Under the pieces are notes generated by a model that was not told the DNA's origin, ran no database searches, and was given only the letters and a program-made list of their open reading frames with translations. This document shows positions 35,754 through 47,413 of a stretch of DNA of 64,000 nt, in pieces. Position numbers and translations under genes: made by a program. The stretch covers positions 4,752 to 68,751 of the forward strand of contig JAVXRI010000010.1 in the NCBI GenBank assembly GCA_036643775.1, written 5' to 3'. Source of the DNA: Pseudomonas sp. (lineage in GTDB: Bacteria > Pseudomonadota > Gammaproteobacteria > Pseudomonadales > Pseudomonadaceae). How positions within the stretch are numbered: position 1 is the stretch's first letter; every line of letters begins with the position of its first letter.

Positions 35754-37652
35754 ATGGTTCAGGCAAGCGATCAGGCTGATTCCGGGCATTCGGCGGCAAA
35801 GCCGTTGAGCTTGCTGGTGGCGGCGGTAGGGGTGGTTTACGGGGATATCGGCACCAGTCCTTTATATACCCTCAAAGAAGTGTTCTCCGGTGACTACGGG
35901 GTGCCAGTCAACCATGACGGGGTGCTGGGCATCCTGGCGCTGATCCTCTGGTCGCTGATCTGGGTGGTTTCGATCAAGTACGTGGTGTTCATCCTGCGTG
36001 CCGACAATCAGGGCGAGGGCGGCATCATGGCCCTTACCGCGCTGGCCCGCCGGGCCTCGGCGCCGTTTCCCAAGCTGCGTGCGCTGATGGTGGGGTGCGG
36101 CCTGATCGGCGCTGCGCTGTTTTATGGCGACAGCATGATCACCCCGGCTATTTCCGTGCTGTCGGCAGTGGAGGGCATGGAACTGGCCTTCGACGGTATC
36201 GATCACTGGGTGGTGCCTATAGCCCTGGTGGTACTGGTGGCGCTGTTTCTGATCCAGAAGCATGGCACCGCACGTATCGGCATTCTGTTCGGGCCGGTGA
36301 TGGTCGCCTGGTTTCTGGTTCTGGCGGCGTTGGGCGTGCACGGTATTGCCCAGAGCCCTGAAGTACTCAAGGCAATCAACCCGGTCTGGGCGGTGCGCTT
36401 CTTCATTGTTCATCCGGGGATGGGCGTGGCAATCCTCGGCGCTGTAGTCCTGGCCCTGACCGGCGCCGAGGCGTTGTATGCCGACATGGGCCACTTCGGC
36501 CGCAAGCCGATTGCCCGGGCCTGGTTCGCGTTGGTGCTGCCGGCCCTGGTGCTGAACTACTTCGGCCAGGGGGCAATGCTATTGCAGAACCCCGAGGCGG
36601 CGCGTAACCCCTTCTATCTATTGGCACCGGGCTGGGCGTTGATTCCGTTGGTCGGTCTGGCCACCCTGGCAACGGTGATCGCTTCCCAGGCGGTGATTTC
36701 CGGGGCGTTCTCCCTGACTCGCCAGGCTATCCAGCTGGGCTATGTACCGCGCATGCAAATCCAGCACACCTCGAGCGCTGAGCAGGGGCAGATCTACATC
36801 GGTGCGGTGAACTGGGCACTGATGGTCGGGGTGATTCTCCTGGTGCTTGGCTTCGAGTCGTCTGGCGCGCTGGCTTCGGCCTATGGCGTGGCAGTGACCG
36901 GAACCATGCTGATGACCACGCTGTTGGTGTCTACCGTCATGCTCTTGCTGTGGAAGTGGCCACCAGTGCTGGCTGTGCCGGTGCTGCTTGGATTTTTGCT
37001 GGTCGACGGCCTGTTCTTTGCCGCTAACGTGCCCAAAGTGGTACAGGGTGGGGCCTTTCCGGTGTTGGCGGGGATTGCCTTGTTCGTGCTGATGACGACG
37101 TGGAAACGCGGCAAGCAGATCCTCGTCGAGCGTCTGGATGAAGGCAGCCTGCCACTGCCGCTGTTCATCAGCAGCATTCGCGTACAGCCACCGCACCGGG
37201 TTGAAGGCACCGCCGTGTTCCTGACCGCGCGTGCGGATGCGGTACCGCACGCCTTGTTGCACAACTTGCTGCATAACCAGGTGCTGCACAATCAGGTGGT
37301 GTTGTTGACGGTGGTCAGTGAGGACACGCCCAGAGTGCCGGCACAGCAGCAATTCGAGGTCGAAGCTTACGGTGAGGGCTTCTATCGGGTGCTGCTGCAC
37401 TTCGGCTTCATGGACGAGCCCGACGTGCCTGCAGCGCTGAAACTGTGCCATCTGGAGGGACTGGACTTCAGTCCGATGCGCACTACCTACTTCCTCAGCC
37501 GGGAAACGGTGATTCCTTCGCGTCTGGTGGGCATGGCGCGTTGGCGGGCACTGCTGTTTGCCTTCCTTTTGAAGAATGCCAACGGCACCCTGCGCTTCTT
37601 CAACTTGCCATTGAACCGGGTGATCGAACTGGGTACGCAAGTCGAGATCTGA
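35754..37652 (+). CDS. kup: KUP/HAK/KT potassium transporter
   Basis: [36 protein letters not shown]. Confidence 0.97.
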   Translation: MVQASDQADSGHSAAKPLSLLVAAVGVVYGDIGTSPLYTLKEVFSGDYGVPVNHDGVLGILALILWSLIWVVSIKYVVFILRADNQGEGGIMALTALARRASAPFPKLRALMVGCGLIGAALFYGDSMITPAISVLSAVEGMELAFDGIDHWVVPIALVVLVALFLIQKHGTARIGILFGPVMVAWFLVLAALGVHGIAQSPEVLKAINPVWAVRFFIVHPGMGVAILGAVVLALTGAEALYADMGHFGRKPIARAWFALVLPALVLNYFGQGAMLLQNPEAARNPFYLLAPGWALIPLVGLATLATVIASQAVISGAFSLTRQAIQLGYVPRMQIQHTSSAEQGQIYIGAVNWALMVGVILLVLGFESSGALASAYGVAVTGTMLMTTLLVSTVMLLLWKWPPVLAVPVLLGFLLVDGLFFAANVPKVVQGGAFPVLAGIALFVLMTTWKRGKQILVERLDEGSLPLPLFISSIRVQPPHRVEGTAVFLTARADAVPHALLHNLLHNQVLHNQVVLLTVVSEDTPRVPAQQQFEVEAYGEGFYRVLLHFGFMDEPDVPAALKLCHLEGLDFSPMRTTYFLSRETVIPSRLVGMARWRALLFAFLLKNANGTLRFFNLPLNRVIELGTQVEI

Positions 37653-37690
37653 TTTGCCGGATGCTGGCCTTATCGGCCAGCGCCCATAAG

Positions 37691-38986
37691 TCAGTTCTGT
37701 TCGGCGACGCTGGTTTTGCCCTGGCGACTTTCGATATCACCGATCAAGCGCTTGGCCAGCGCCGGGTAGTTTTCGTCAAAATGATGCCCGCCCGGCAGCT
37801 TCTGGCGTTCGCCAACAGCCGTGTGGTCGGTGCAGCCGCTTTCATCGGCTTCTTCTGCGCCATAGATGCACACCACCTTCGCGGCCGGCAACCTGGCCAT
37901 TTCCGGTCCGGTAGGCGCTTCCTTACCCGCGTTGCCTAGCCAGCCTTCGACTTCAATTTCGAAGCTGCCACTGCGGGCGAAAGCCAGCAGGATGACTGCG
38001 TCGATACGTTGCTGGTCTTCAACCGGAAGGCGGTTGTAGATGGCGGGCAAAACGTCGGCACCGAAGGAGTAACCAGTCAGGACAAAACGCTTGGTGCCCC
38101 ATTTCTGCCGGTAGTGCTGCATCAGCTCCGACAGGTCGATGGCGCTTTGTTCAGGGGTTTTGTGCTGCCAGTAGTAACGCAGGGTGTCGATGCCGACCAC
38201 CGGATAGCCGAGTTTGGCCATCTCGCCCGCCACGTCGCGGTCAAGATCACGCCAGCCACCGTCGCCGGACAGGAACAGGGTCACGGTGTCGGTCGTCTGG
38301 CCTGCTGGGACCTCCACCACCGGGATGCTCATGGCGTTGCCTTCTTCACCCACCAACGCCTGGGTCAGTTGTGCCTTGAGCACTTGCGGCAGGTGGATGT
38401 CGTAATCACTGATGCTGGTTTCGGCGTTGGGCTGATCCCGCACGAAGGCAGCGCTGGCGTCATCCGGGTTGTCATTCCAGGCCACGCTCCAGTGGCCGTG
38501 GGCTGCCGATTTGGGCAGCGGTGTGGCGCAACCTGGGCGCTCGATGCTGAAATCTACCGAGATGGCCTGAGCCTTGTCATCGGTCTGGGTGGTCAGCCAG
38601 TCCCAGGCTTGAGCGGCGCCCGGGCCGATGCCGGCAACCAGTGTCGCAGGGCCTTGCAGTTGTTGCAGGGCTTGTTTCAACGCGGTTTGTTGCAAGGTGC
38701 AGTCGGCGGGCGGCAGGATCACCTGGACCAGTTGCGCCTCACCACTCTGGCTCAGGTTCAGCAGTTGCTTGTCGGTCAGGGCCTGGTCCTGGGGGACGGC
38801 GATGGCCACCCGGGCCTTGGCGTGAGTGCCAGGGGTGGCCCGGGTCAGGCTGCTGCCATCGCCCAGGGTCAGGTGCTCCAGGCGTGGTTCAGGCGCAGGG
38901 CGGGTCCACAGCCAGAAGCCCAGCGAGACAGCCAGCAAACCCAGGATCAGGGTTGCAAACAGGTGCAGCCAGTAGCGTCGAATCAT
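37691..38986 (-). CDS. AcvB/VirJ-family aminoacyl-phosphatidylglycerol hydrolase
   Basis: LSGDGGWRDLD, GIDTLRYYW, GYSFGAD, GGHHFD; coupled to mprF. Confidence 0.92.
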   Translation of the reverse strand: MIRRYWLHLFATLILGLLAVSLGFWLWTRPAPEPRLEHLTLGDGSSLTRATPGTHAKARVAIAVPQDQALTDKQLLNLSQSGEAQLVQVILPPADCTLQQTALKQALQQLQGPATLVAGIGPGAAQAWDWLTTQTDDKAQAISVDFSIERPGCATPLPKSAAHGHWSVAWNDNPDDASAAFVRDQPNAETSISDYDIHLPQVLKAQLTQALVGEEGNAMSIPVVEVPAGQTTDTVTLFLSGDGGWRDLDRDVAGEMAKLGYPVVGIDTLRYYWQHKTPEQSAIDLSELMQHYRQKWGTKRFVLTGYSFGADVLPAIYNRLPVEDQQRIDAVILLAFARSGSFEIEVEGWLGNAGKEAPTGPEMARLPAAKVVCIYGAEEADESGCTDHTAVGERQKLPGGHHFDENYPALAKRLIGDIESRQGKTSVAEQN

Positions 38987-41628
38987 CAGCGTTTCACCAA
39001 TCCGGTCAGGCCGCCTGCGATCAGGGCGGCGGTGTCAGCCAGTGCTACCAGCGGATCGAGTCCGGCAGGCACGGCCATATAGCGGGGCTCCCAGTCCGGC
39101 TGGAACTTGTCCTTGAAGCGCCGCAGACCCTGGAAGTTATAGAGCTGCTCGCCACGCTGGAACACCATCGAGCCCAGGCGTTGGGTCAAGGGAGCGCCGC
39201 GGCGCGGTTGCAGACCTGAGAGCGGCACCATGCCCAGGCTGAAGCGGGTGTAGGCCTGCTGCTTATAGTGTTGGATCAGGCCGATCATCATGAATTCCAT
39301 GGTCAGCTTCGGTGCTTGCGGGTGGGCGCGCATCAGGTCGAGGCTGGCAAGTTCCCGGCTGTGGGTTTCCAGCAAGTTGGCAAAGGCGACCGGGCGCCCC
39401 TCGAAGCGAATGATGGCAATACGAAAATGCTGCAGGTACTCGGGGCTGAAGCGGCCAAGGGAGAAGCCTTTCTCGCGTACGTTCTTGCCGCCAAGCCAGG
39501 CGTCGGAGATCACCTTGAGTTCCTCGAGGGGGGCTTGCCCCGGTTCATGCACTTCCAGGCTCAAGCCATCGCGGCCGCCCCGGTTCCAGGTGTAGCGCAG
39601 GTCTTTCATCTCCTTGCCCTTGGCCTCCAGGTCAAAGCGCTTGAGATCGACCCGCGCCTCTTCACCCAGTTTGATCGCGGTCAGGCCGATGTCCATATAG
39701 AAAGGCAGGTTCTCGGCGCGTACCTGGTAGAAAACCGGGCGGGCGTGGTGGACATCGCACAGGTCGCGGAACTGCCAGATCATCTCGGCGCGTTTGAGGG
39801 GCGGACCGATAGGGTCGTACAGCGCGACCAGGCTGCGACCACGGTGAGCATACATAAGGAAGGCGTCGTCATCGGGATGGAACAGCAATGCCTTGTCGCC
39901 GGTGAGTGCGAGGCCGCCATCAGGTTGCTCCGAAGATTGCAGAATACGCTTGGCACGTTGCAGCTCTTCGCTGTTGGGCAGGTGAATTACCGGGCGCGCG
40001 GTGCGCAGCAACCAGGTCAGGGCGACCGCCACCAGCAGTACCGCGCTGCCCAGCGCCGAGCGCAGGCCACGAGGGGCGTCGGCGTCGAGGGTGAATTGCC
40101 ACCACAGTTGATGGTCGTACGGCACATCTTGATAGGCGAACAACAGCAACCAGATCGATGCGCCGAGCACGCAGGTGCTGGCTGCCAGGTAGACCGGCGA
40201 AAAGGGCAGTTCCAGCAAGCGGCTGGGGCGGTAGAAAGCGCGGCGGAACAGCGCCAGCAGGCAGGCGGTGAAGGTCAGGATACTGGCCTCTTCCCAGTCG
40301 AAACCCTTGAGCAAGGAGAGCAGGGCGCCGACCAGCAGCAGGATGGTAGTCAGCATCCAGGCGGCGGACAGGCGTCGACGCAGGCCCTGAGCCAGCAGCA
40401 GGCACAGTACGCCGATCAGACTGGCGCCGAAATGCGACGCGTCGATCAGCCGGTGGGGGATGAGAAAGCCCAGGTGTTCGAGGCGTTCGTCGATCTCTGG
40501 GGTGGCACCGGAAAACAGCAGGACCACACCGGAGAGGAATACCAGTACCGCCAGCACCGGGGCTGCCAGTCCCGATGCTGCCTTGATTGCCTGGCGGGCG
40601 ACGAGAAAGCGTCGCGCCTCGCTGGCCAGCAAGAGGACGCAGGCCAGCAGCAGCGGCAGTACCACATAGATCAGGCGATAGAGCAGCAGAGCGGCGGCCA
40701 GAGGCGCGGCGCCAAGCTGATCGGCGAAAGCGGCCAGGAGGATGGCCTCGAATACCCCGACGCCGCCTGGGACATGACTCAGCACGCCCGCAGCCAGCGC
40801 CAGCAGATACACCAGCAGGAATGCACCGAAAGGTGGTGCTTCAGGCAACAACAGGTACAGCACGGTCGCCGCAGCGGCAACATCGAGGGCGGTGATCAGC
40901 AGTTGCAGAAGGGTCAGGCGCGCGCCTGGCAGGCGCAAGGTGCGACGTCCGACGCGGACCAGCAGGTTATCTGCCTGCGGTTGTTCTGGCAGACGTCGAC
41001 GGTACAGGCCGTAGCCTAACAACATAGTCAGACCCAGGACAGCCAGGGCAATGCCGGCCAGCAGTGCCTGGGGAAGATGCAGTGCGGTTGCTGCCGCGGG
41101 CAGGTCACTCAGGGTTGCCAGGGCGGCCAGCGGCGGCAGCGCACAGCCCAGCGATAGACTGGCGAACAGGGTCATGCGGGCGACTTCAGCGGCGCCGATA
41201 CCCTGGCGGGCATACAAGCGGTAGCGAACCGATCCGCCGGAGAGCAGCGACAGGCCAATGGCATTGCCAATGGCGAAAGCACTGAATCCGCCCATGACCA
41301 ACGCCTGCGGTGGCAACTTGACCCCGGCATAACGACTGGCTGACCACTCGTAACCCAGCAGGATAATGAAGCCGACAACGGTGGCCAGCAGGGCACCCGT
41401 CAGGGCGGTGGGGGGCACGCTGAGCAGCGAATCATGCAGGGCATAGATGTCCAGTTCGCTGAGCAGATGGCGACAGGCAATCAGGGCAATGCTGAACAAC
41501 AGCAGGGTCACGGCCAGGCCGATGGGCTGTCGATAGCGGCTCAAGCGGTCGAGCCAGCGTAAATGCTGGGCGGCATTGGGCAGGGCGGAGGTGACGGGTG
41601 CTTCTGTTTCGGATGTCTGGCTGCGCAT
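38986..41628 (-). CDS. mprF: Aminoacyl-phosphatidylglycerol synthase/flippase MprF
   Basis: Multi-TM domain (GGSVRYRLY, HVPGGVGVFE) plus DUF2156 synthase (DLMR, LYNFQGLRRFKDKF.P.WEPRY). Confidence 0.95.
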   Translation of the reverse strand: MRSQTSETEAPVTSALPNAAQHLRWLDRLSRYRQPIGLAVTLLLFSIALIACRHLLSELDIYALHDSLLSVPPTALTGALLATVVGFIILLGYEWSASRYAGVKLPPQALVMGGFSAFAIGNAIGLSLLSGGSVRYRLYARQGIGAAEVARMTLFASLSLGCALPPLAALATLSDLPAAATALHLPQALLAGIALAVLGLTMLLGYGLYRRRLPEQPQADNLLVRVGRRTLRLPGARLTLLQLLITALDVAAAATVLYLLLPEAPPFGAFLLVYLLALAAGVLSHVPGGVGVFEAILLAAFADQLGAAPLAAALLLYRLIYVVLPLLLACVLLLASEARRFLVARQAIKAASGLAAPVLAVLVFLSGVVLLFSGATPEIDERLEHLGFLIPHRLIDASHFGASLIGVLCLLLAQGLRRRLSAAWMLTTILLLVGALLSLLKGFDWEEASILTFTACLLALFRRAFYRPSRLLELPFSPVYLAASTCVLGASIWLLLFAYQDVPYDHQLWWQFTLDADAPRGLRSALGSAVLLVAVALTWLLRTARPVIHLPNSEELQRAKRILQSSEQPDGGLALTGDKALLFHPDDDAFLMYAHRGRSLVALYDPIGPPLKRAEMIWQFRDLCDVHHARPVFYQVRAENLPFYMDIGLTAIKLGEEARVDLKRFDLEAKGKEMKDLRYTWNRGGRDGLSLEVHEPGQAPLEELKVISDAWLGGKNVREKGFSLGRFSPEYLQHFRIAIIRFEGRPVAFANLLETHSRELASLDLMRAHPQAPKLTMEFMMIGLIQHYKQQAYTRFSLGMVPLSGLQPRRGAPLTQRLGSMVFQRGEQLYNFQGLRRFKDKFQPDWEPRYMAVPAGLDPLVALADTAALIAGGLTGLVKR

Positions 41629-41797
41629 CAAGCACCTCGTGGATGGTGCACGCCAGGAGGAACGTATCCAGCCAAGGTAGCAATCCCTATGGAAAGTAGT
41701 GGCGACTATGATCGGGCCGCTGCCTGCCTAGAGGATAGTTAAAGATTATTTATACTGCCGTACGGGCTTGAGAGGGGGAGGGGCTGAATCGCAGATG

Positions 41798-41830
41798 CAA
41801 AAAAGGCCACTTTTTTCAAAGTGGCCTTTT
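41798..41830 (-). terminator. Terminator downstream of tRNA-Met
   Basis: AAAAGGCCACTTT-tttc-AAAGTGGCCTTTT. Confidence 0.8.
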
Positions 41831-41838
41831 CTGTTGTT

Positions 41839-41915
<77 letters not shown>

Positions 41916-42136
41916 CCTGTGAGATGAATTCTACAGTTATGCGCTGGAGTGTCAAGCGCTCATTTCAAGAAAACCTTTTTTCTTCAAATGCTTAGCGCTT
42001 GCATTGGCTGCGGCAAGGCAGCTCTGCTGGGGGTTGCAGGTTTTCACTGTGTATATTTATCCAGTGTCTGTGGTGCTTGGGCGTAGGGGAATGAGATACT
42101 GCCTACACCATTATTTACCTATGGCCACGGTTGCTG

Positions 42137-43201
42137 ATGTCCCTGCGCAAGATCATTCACGTCGATTGCGATTGCTTCTACGCCGCTATTGAGATGCGTG
42201 ACGACCCGCGCCTGGCCGGGCGGCCCCTGGCGGTCGGTGGCTCGGCTGAGCGCCGTGGTGTGATCGCTACCTGCAACTATGAGGCACGGGCCTATGGCGT
42301 GCGTTCGGCAATGTCGTCCCGGCACGCCCTCAACCTGTGTCCCGATCTGTTGATCGTAAAGCCGCGCATGGATGCCTATAAAGAAGCATCCAGAGAAATC
42401 CACAGCATCTTTCGCGACTACACCGATCTGATCGAGCCACTTTCCCTGGACGAAGCCTACCTGGATGTCTCCGACAGTTCCTGGTTCGCCGGCAGTGCGA
42501 CGCGGATTGCCGCCGATATTCGCCGCCGGGTTGCCCAGCAGTTGCATATCACCGTGTCGGCCGGTGTGGCGCCGAACAAGTTCCTGGCCAAGATTGCCAG
42601 TGACTGGCGCAAACCCAATGGCTTGTTTGTGATCACTCCCGATGAAGTCGAAGACTTCGTTGCTGTATTGCCGGTCAGTAAATTACACGGCGTGGGAAAG
42701 GTCACTGCGGACAAGCTCGCTCGTCTGGGTATCAGCAACTGTCTGGACCTGCGTGATTGGAGTCGACTGGCGCTGGCTCGCGAGTTTGGCAGTTTTGGCG
42801 AGCGGTTATGGGGGCTGGCCCGAGGTATCGATGACCGGGCGGTGCACAATGACAGTCGCCGTCAATCAGTCAGTGTCGAAAATACCTACGATACGGATCT
42901 ACCTGATCTGGCCAGTTGCCTGGAAAAGCTGCCGGAGCTGATAGAAACCCTGGCCGGGCGCATGGCGCGTATCGATGACAGCTATCGAGCGGGCAAGCCC
43001 TTCGTCAAAGTGAAATTCCACGATTTCACTCAAACGACGCTGGAGCAAGCTGGCGCCGGGCGTGACCTGGCCAGTTATCAGCAGTTGCTCAGTCAGGCGT
43101 TCGCCCGCGGTGACAAGCCAGTGAGGTTGCTGGGTATTGGCGTGCGCTTGCAGGACTTGCGCGCCGGGCATGAGCAACTGGAACTGTTTAGCCGCGACTG
43201 A
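42137..43201 (+). CDS. dinB: DNA polymerase IV
   Basis: KIIHVDCDCFYAAIE, CNYEARAYGVRSAM, SLDEAYLDV, APNKFLAKIASD..KPNG. Confidence 0.97.
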   Translation: MSLRKIIHVDCDCFYAAIEMRDDPRLAGRPLAVGGSAERRGVIATCNYEARAYGVRSAMSSRHALNLCPDLLIVKPRMDAYKEASREIHSIFRDYTDLIEPLSLDEAYLDVSDSSWFAGSATRIAADIRRRVAQQLHITVSAGVAPNKFLAKIASDWRKPNGLFVITPDEVEDFVAVLPVSKLHGVGKVTADKLARLGISNCLDLRDWSRLALAREFGSFGERLWGLARGIDDRAVHNDSRRQSVSVENTYDTDLPDLASCLEKLPELIETLAGRMARIDDSYRAGKPFVKVKFHDFTQTTLEQAGAGRDLASYQQLLSQAFARGDKPVRLLGIGVRLQDLRAGHEQLELFSRD

Positions 43202-43203
43202 AT

Positions 43204-43231
43204 GAAAAAACGCCAGCAAGCTGGCGTTTTT
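43204..43231. terminator. Bidirectional terminator after dinB
   Basis: AAAAAACGCCAGC-aa-GCTGGCGTTTTT. Confidence 0.85.
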
Positions 43232-43250
43232 TCAGAGCAGGGCAGGGGCA

Positions 43251-44204
43251 TTAGTGCACGCCAGGGTCGGCGACCAGGCGGCCGGCATCCTTGGTCAGTG
43301 CCTGCAGAAACTCCTGCTGCAGCTCGGGATCGTTGCGGGTGAGTTCGATCAGGCTCTGTTCCAGCTCGCTGGCTTCTTCTTCCAGGCCCAGTTCGGACAG
43401 GCGCTTGACCCGATGTACCCACTGGCTGACTTCATCGTCTTCAAGATCATCGAAGATCAGGTCATGGGCTTCCACCAGCTTGCTGCGCAAGGTGCTGCTG
43501 ATCAGCAGGCTGGCATCGCCACGCACGTTGTTGTCTTCATCGGCGACCTGCAGGTGCAGGGTGCCAATGTGGGTCAGGTTCTGTTCGGAGAACGGGCTGT
43601 CGAGCAGGTTCAGCAGCAGCACCCCGTTGCGGTCGGTCGTCAGCGTGTGGCTGACCCTGCCGGCCTTGACCTCCACCGGACGATCACTCCACGGCAGGCT
43701 GGTGTACTCCTGGCGCTTGTCCTTCTGTACCTCGGTAATCCCGGCAAGGTTCTGCTGGGCGCGGCCATTGGACTGGGCATTCATCAGCGGGTTGAGGCCG
43801 TCGATACCGTAGCTGAGCCAGTCGCGCGTGACACTGTCGGGCAGGTTGCCCAGCGCGAAGACATTGACCACGTTGGCTCCGACGCCGGCAACCACCGCCA
43901 CCGCGCCCAGGGGAATCTCGTAGACTTCCCGCCAGGGTTGGTAGGGCGTGTAGCGATCATAACGACGGGTGACTTCGAATTCGGTGACTTCGAAGTTCTT
44001 CTGTTCGTGAATGCGCACACGCCGCTGGGGCAGTTCGAGCACCTTGGGGTCCCCGACATCGATCTGCAGGCTGTGTTCGAGCAGCTTGCGCTCGATGCGT
44101 TCCTCATGCTCGCTGCGCTGGGACATCTGGTTGGCGCAACCGCTGAGCAACAGGGCGCCGCTAAGTGCGGCGCCCCCCAGGGTAAAGGTACTTCGCTTGA
44201 ACAT
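43251..44204 (-). CDS. Conserved hypothetical lipoprotein
   Basis: Lipobox LLSGC; 317 aa; downstream of proS. Confidence 0.8.
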   Translation of the reverse strand: MFKRSTFTLGGAALSGALLLSGCANQMSQRSEHEERIERKLLEHSLQIDVGDPKVLELPQRRVRIHEQKNFEVTEFEVTRRYDRYTPYQPWREVYEIPLGAVAVVAGVGANVVNVFALGNLPDSVTRDWLSYGIDGLNPLMNAQSNGRAQQNLAGITEVQKDKRQEYTSLPWSDRPVEVKAGRVSHTLTTDRNGVLLLNLLDSPFSEQNLTHIGTLHLQVADEDNNVRGDASLLISSTLRSKLVEAHDLIFDDLEDDEVSQWVHRVKRLSELGLEEEASELEQSLIELTRNDPELQQEFLQALTKDAGRLVADPGVH

Positions 44205-44222
44205 GATTACTCTTGTGTTGGC

Positions 44223-45938
44223 TTAGCGGCGGATGCGGGCTTGCAGGAACGACAGCACCTCGGCCACTGGCAGTGGTTGCGCGTCACGTTCAGTGCGGTG
44301 TTTGTATTCCAGGTTACCGTCGGCCAGGCCGCGGTCGCTGACCACGATCCGGTGCGGAATCCCGATCAGTTCCATGTCGGCAAACTTGATCCCCGGGCTG
44401 GTTTTCTTGTCGCGGTCGTCCAGCAGTACCTCGAAACCAGCGGCGGTCAGCTCGGCATAGAGCTTGTCGGTGGCTTCGCGAACCTGTTCGGTTTCGTAAC
44501 GCAGCGGTACCAGAGCGATCTGGAACGGGGCCAGAGTGTCGCTCCAGATGATGCCGTTTTCGTCGTAGTTCTGCTCGATGGCTGCAGCCACCACGCGGGA
44601 CACGCCGATGCCATAGCAACCCATGCTCAGGGTCACTGGCTTGCCGTTCTCGCCCAGTACCTGGCACTTGAGTGCCTCACTGTACTTGGTGCCCAGCTGG
44701 AAGATGTGGCCGACTTCGATGCCGCGCTTGATCACCAGAGTGCCCTGGCCATCGGGGCTTGGATCACCTTCGACGACATTACGCAGGTCGGCAACTTGCG
44801 GAACGGGCAGGTCACGTTCCCAGTTGACGCCGAAGTAGTGCTTGTCGTCGATGTTGGCGCCGATACCGAAATCGCTCATCAGCGCGACCGAGCGGTCGAT
44901 GATGCATGGCAGTGGCAGATTCAGTGGGCCGAGGGAGCCTGCGCCAGCGCCGATGGCGTCACGCAGTTCTTCGTCGGTGGCCATGACCAGTGGGCTGGCG
45001 ACTTCTGGCAGGTTGGCTGCCTTGATTTCGTTCAGCTCGTGGTCGCCACGCACGATAAGGGCAATCAGCTTGCCTTCTTCAGCAGCGCGGACGATCAGGG
45101 TCTTGACGGTCTTTTCGATCGCCAGGCCATAGTTTTCCACCAGTTGGGTGATGGTCTTGGCGTCCGGGGTATCGACCAGGCGCAGTTCTTCGGTCGGCGC
45201 CAGGCGCACGGTTTCCCGTGGAATGGCCTCGGCCTTCTCGATGTTGGCGGCGTAGTCGGAGCTGTCGCTGAAGATCACATCGTCTTCACCGGACTCGGCC
45301 AGTACATGGAATTCGTGGGAGTAGCTACCGCCGATCGAGCCGGTATCGGCTTGCACAGGACGGAAGTCCAGGCCCAGGCGGGTAAAGATGTTGCTGTAGG
45401 CCAGGTGCATGCGGTCGTAGGTTTCCTGCAGGGAAGCCTGGTCGGCATGGAAGGAGTAAGCATCCTTCATGATGAATTCGCGGCCACGCATCAGGCCAAA
45501 GCGCGGACGGATCTCGTCACGGAACTTGGTTTGGATCTGGTACATGTTCAATGGCAGCTGTTTATAGCTGTTGAGTTCGTTGCGGGCGAGGTCGGTGATC
45601 ACCTCTTCGTGGGTCGGGCCCACGCAGAAATCACGACCGTGGCGGTCCTTCAGGCGCAGCAGCTCAGGACCGTACTGTTCCCAGCGGCCGGACTCCTGCC
45701 ACAGCTCTGCAGGCTGGATGCTCGGCATCAGCACTTCCAGGGCGCCGGCGGCGTTCATTTCCTCGCGGACCACGGTTTCAACCTTGCGCATTACCCGAAG
45801 GCCCATCGGCAGCCAGGTATAAAGGCCGGATGCGAGCTTGCGGATCATGCCGGCACGCAGCATGAGCTGGTGGCTGATGACGACCGCGTCGGACGGGGTT
45901 TCTTTCTGGGTAGCGAGCAAATATTGACTGGTGCGCAT
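44223..45938 (-). CDS. proS: Proline--tRNA ligase
   Basis: [45 protein letters not shown]. Confidence 0.99.
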   Translation of the reverse strand: MRTSQYLLATQKETPSDAVVISHQLMLRAGMIRKLASGLYTWLPMGLRVMRKVETVVREEMNAAGALEVLMPSIQPAELWQESGRWEQYGPELLRLKDRHGRDFCVGPTHEEVITDLARNELNSYKQLPLNMYQIQTKFRDEIRPRFGLMRGREFIMKDAYSFHADQASLQETYDRMHLAYSNIFTRLGLDFRPVQADTGSIGGSYSHEFHVLAESGEDDVIFSDSSDYAANIEKAEAIPRETVRLAPTEELRLVDTPDAKTITQLVENYGLAIEKTVKTLIVRAAEEGKLIALIVRGDHELNEIKAANLPEVASPLVMATDEELRDAIGAGAGSLGPLNLPLPCIIDRSVALMSDFGIGANIDDKHYFGVNWERDLPVPQVADLRNVVEGDPSPDGQGTLVIKRGIEVGHIFQLGTKYSEALKCQVLGENGKPVTLSMGCYGIGVSRVVAAAIEQNYDENGIIWSDTLAPFQIALVPLRYETEQVREATDKLYAELTAAGFEVLLDDRDKKTSPGIKFADMELIGIPHRIVVSDRGLADGNLEYKHRTERDAQPLPVAEVLSFLQARIRR

Positions 45939-46053
45939 GGTAGGCCGTTGTCGGTTGCTTAAGACTTAAAATGACCCCGCATTGTACGGGGGCGATTCGG
46001 TGGCGTACAGGATGCCGGAGCACGAAGGCGTTGTCAGCCCGATTCGAGACAAG

Positions 46054-46080
46054 AAAAAGCCCGGCAGTGCCGGGCTTTTT
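46054..46080. terminator. Terminator after the porin gene
   Basis: AAAAAGCCCGGC-agt-GCCGGGCTTTT. Confidence 0.85.
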
Positions 46081-46108
46081 CGTACTGGGAATACTGAAAG
46101 CCCGGGGC

Positions 46109-47413
46109 TTACAGGATGCTCAGCGGGTACTCGACGATCAGACGCAGTTCGTCGATCGATGGCGAACCGTAGTAAACGCCGTCACCGGAACGGTAGGTGG
46201 CTTGACGAACGCGGAAGCTCAGGTCTTTGGCAGGACCTTCCTGCAGGACGTATTTGGCTTCGATGTCGCGTTCCCATTCCTTGCCGTTGTCGGTGCTTGC
46301 GACGTTGGCGTCGGTACCTTTGACATAACGGGTCATGAAGCTCAGGCCTGGCACGCCGTAGCTGGCCATGTTCAGGTCGTAGCGAGCCTGCCAGGACTTC
46401 TCGTCTTCGGCGTTGAAGTCGGAGCGGGCAATGGAGTTGGCCAGGAAGATGGTGCCGCCGCCGTCGATGCCGTAGGCATAGTCGCCGTCACCGGTAACAC
46501 GCTGGTGAGCGAGGGTGAAGGTGTGAGCGCCGATGTTGTAGGCAGCCGACAGGCTGAACGCGCGGTTATCCAGCTTGGTTTCACCGTCAAAGGTGCGAAC
46601 CTTGCCTTCGCCGTCGCTCTTGGTGTCATAAATGTTGAAGTCGAACACCAGGCCTTGTTCGTCATTGATCGGCAGTGCCCAGTTGACGTTGGCGTAGTAC
46701 TTGCGCCAGTAGTCTTCAACCTTGGAGTAGTAGAGGCTGGTGCTCAGGGTATCGGTGAAGGCATAGGTGCCGCCGAACACATCAGCCTGGGTCAGGCCAG
46801 GGTTCTTCTGACGGTTGTCGTCAAGACCACCGATACTGTCGTGGTACGACTGCGATTGGGCATTCAGCGCGGTGAAGTGACCGGCGTTCAGCTCCAGGCC
46901 TTTGATTTCCTTGCTGGTGACCAGGAAGCCTTCAACGGTTTCCGGCAGCAGGCGGCTGTCGTCGGTGGCCAGGACAGGCAGCGCGGTGAACTGGGTGCCG
47001 TATTTCAGTACGGTGTCGGAGATGCGCATTTTGACTGCGCCGCCGCCTTCGGAGAACGAGTCTTCGGAGCGTCCGTCGGAGCCGGTAGGGAACTGACCGG
47101 TGCCGGCGCGACCCTTGCCGCTGTCCAGTTTCAGGCCGAGCATGCCGATAGCGTCAACACCAAAGCCTACGGTGCCTTGGGTAAAGCCCGATTCGTAAGT
47201 GCCAAGGAAGCCCAGACCGGTTTCTTCAACACGGCTTTGGCTGTCATTTGGAACGTTACGGAAGTCACGGCTGAAATACAGCATGCGGGTTTTGACATTG
47301 AGCTGGCTGTCTTCGAGAAACCCTTTGGACTCACTTTGAGAGGAGGCCACTGCCATCTGCGAGGTGCCCGCTGCAACAGCCAGGGCGATAATGCTCCACT
47401 TCATCACGCGCAT
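46109..47413 (-). CDS. oprD: OprD-family outer membrane porin
   Basis: MRVMKWS signal peptide, KGFLEDS, FTQGTVGFG.D, SRLLP, SWQARYD, ELRLIVEYPL; next to proS (symbol from synteny). Confidence 0.85.
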   Translation of the reverse strand: MRVMKWSIIALAVAAGTSQMAVASSQSESKGFLEDSQLNVKTRMLYFSRDFRNVPNDSQSRVEETGLGFLGTYESGFTQGTVGFGVDAIGMLGLKLDSGKGRAGTGQFPTGSDGRSEDSFSEGGGAVKMRISDTVLKYGTQFTALPVLATDDSRLLPETVEGFLVTSKEIKGLELNAGHFTALNAQSQSYHDSIGGLDDNRQKNPGLTQADVFGGTYAFTDTLSTSLYYSKVEDYWRKYYANVNWALPINDEQGLVFDFNIYDTKSDGEGKVRTFDGETKLDNRAFSLSAAYNIGAHTFTLAHQRVTGDGDYAYGIDGGGTIFLANSIARSDFNAEDEKSWQARYDLNMASYGVPGLSFMTRYVKGTDANVASTDNGKEWERDIEAKYVLQEGPAKDLSFRVRQATYRSGDGVYYGSPSIDELRLIVEYPLSIL

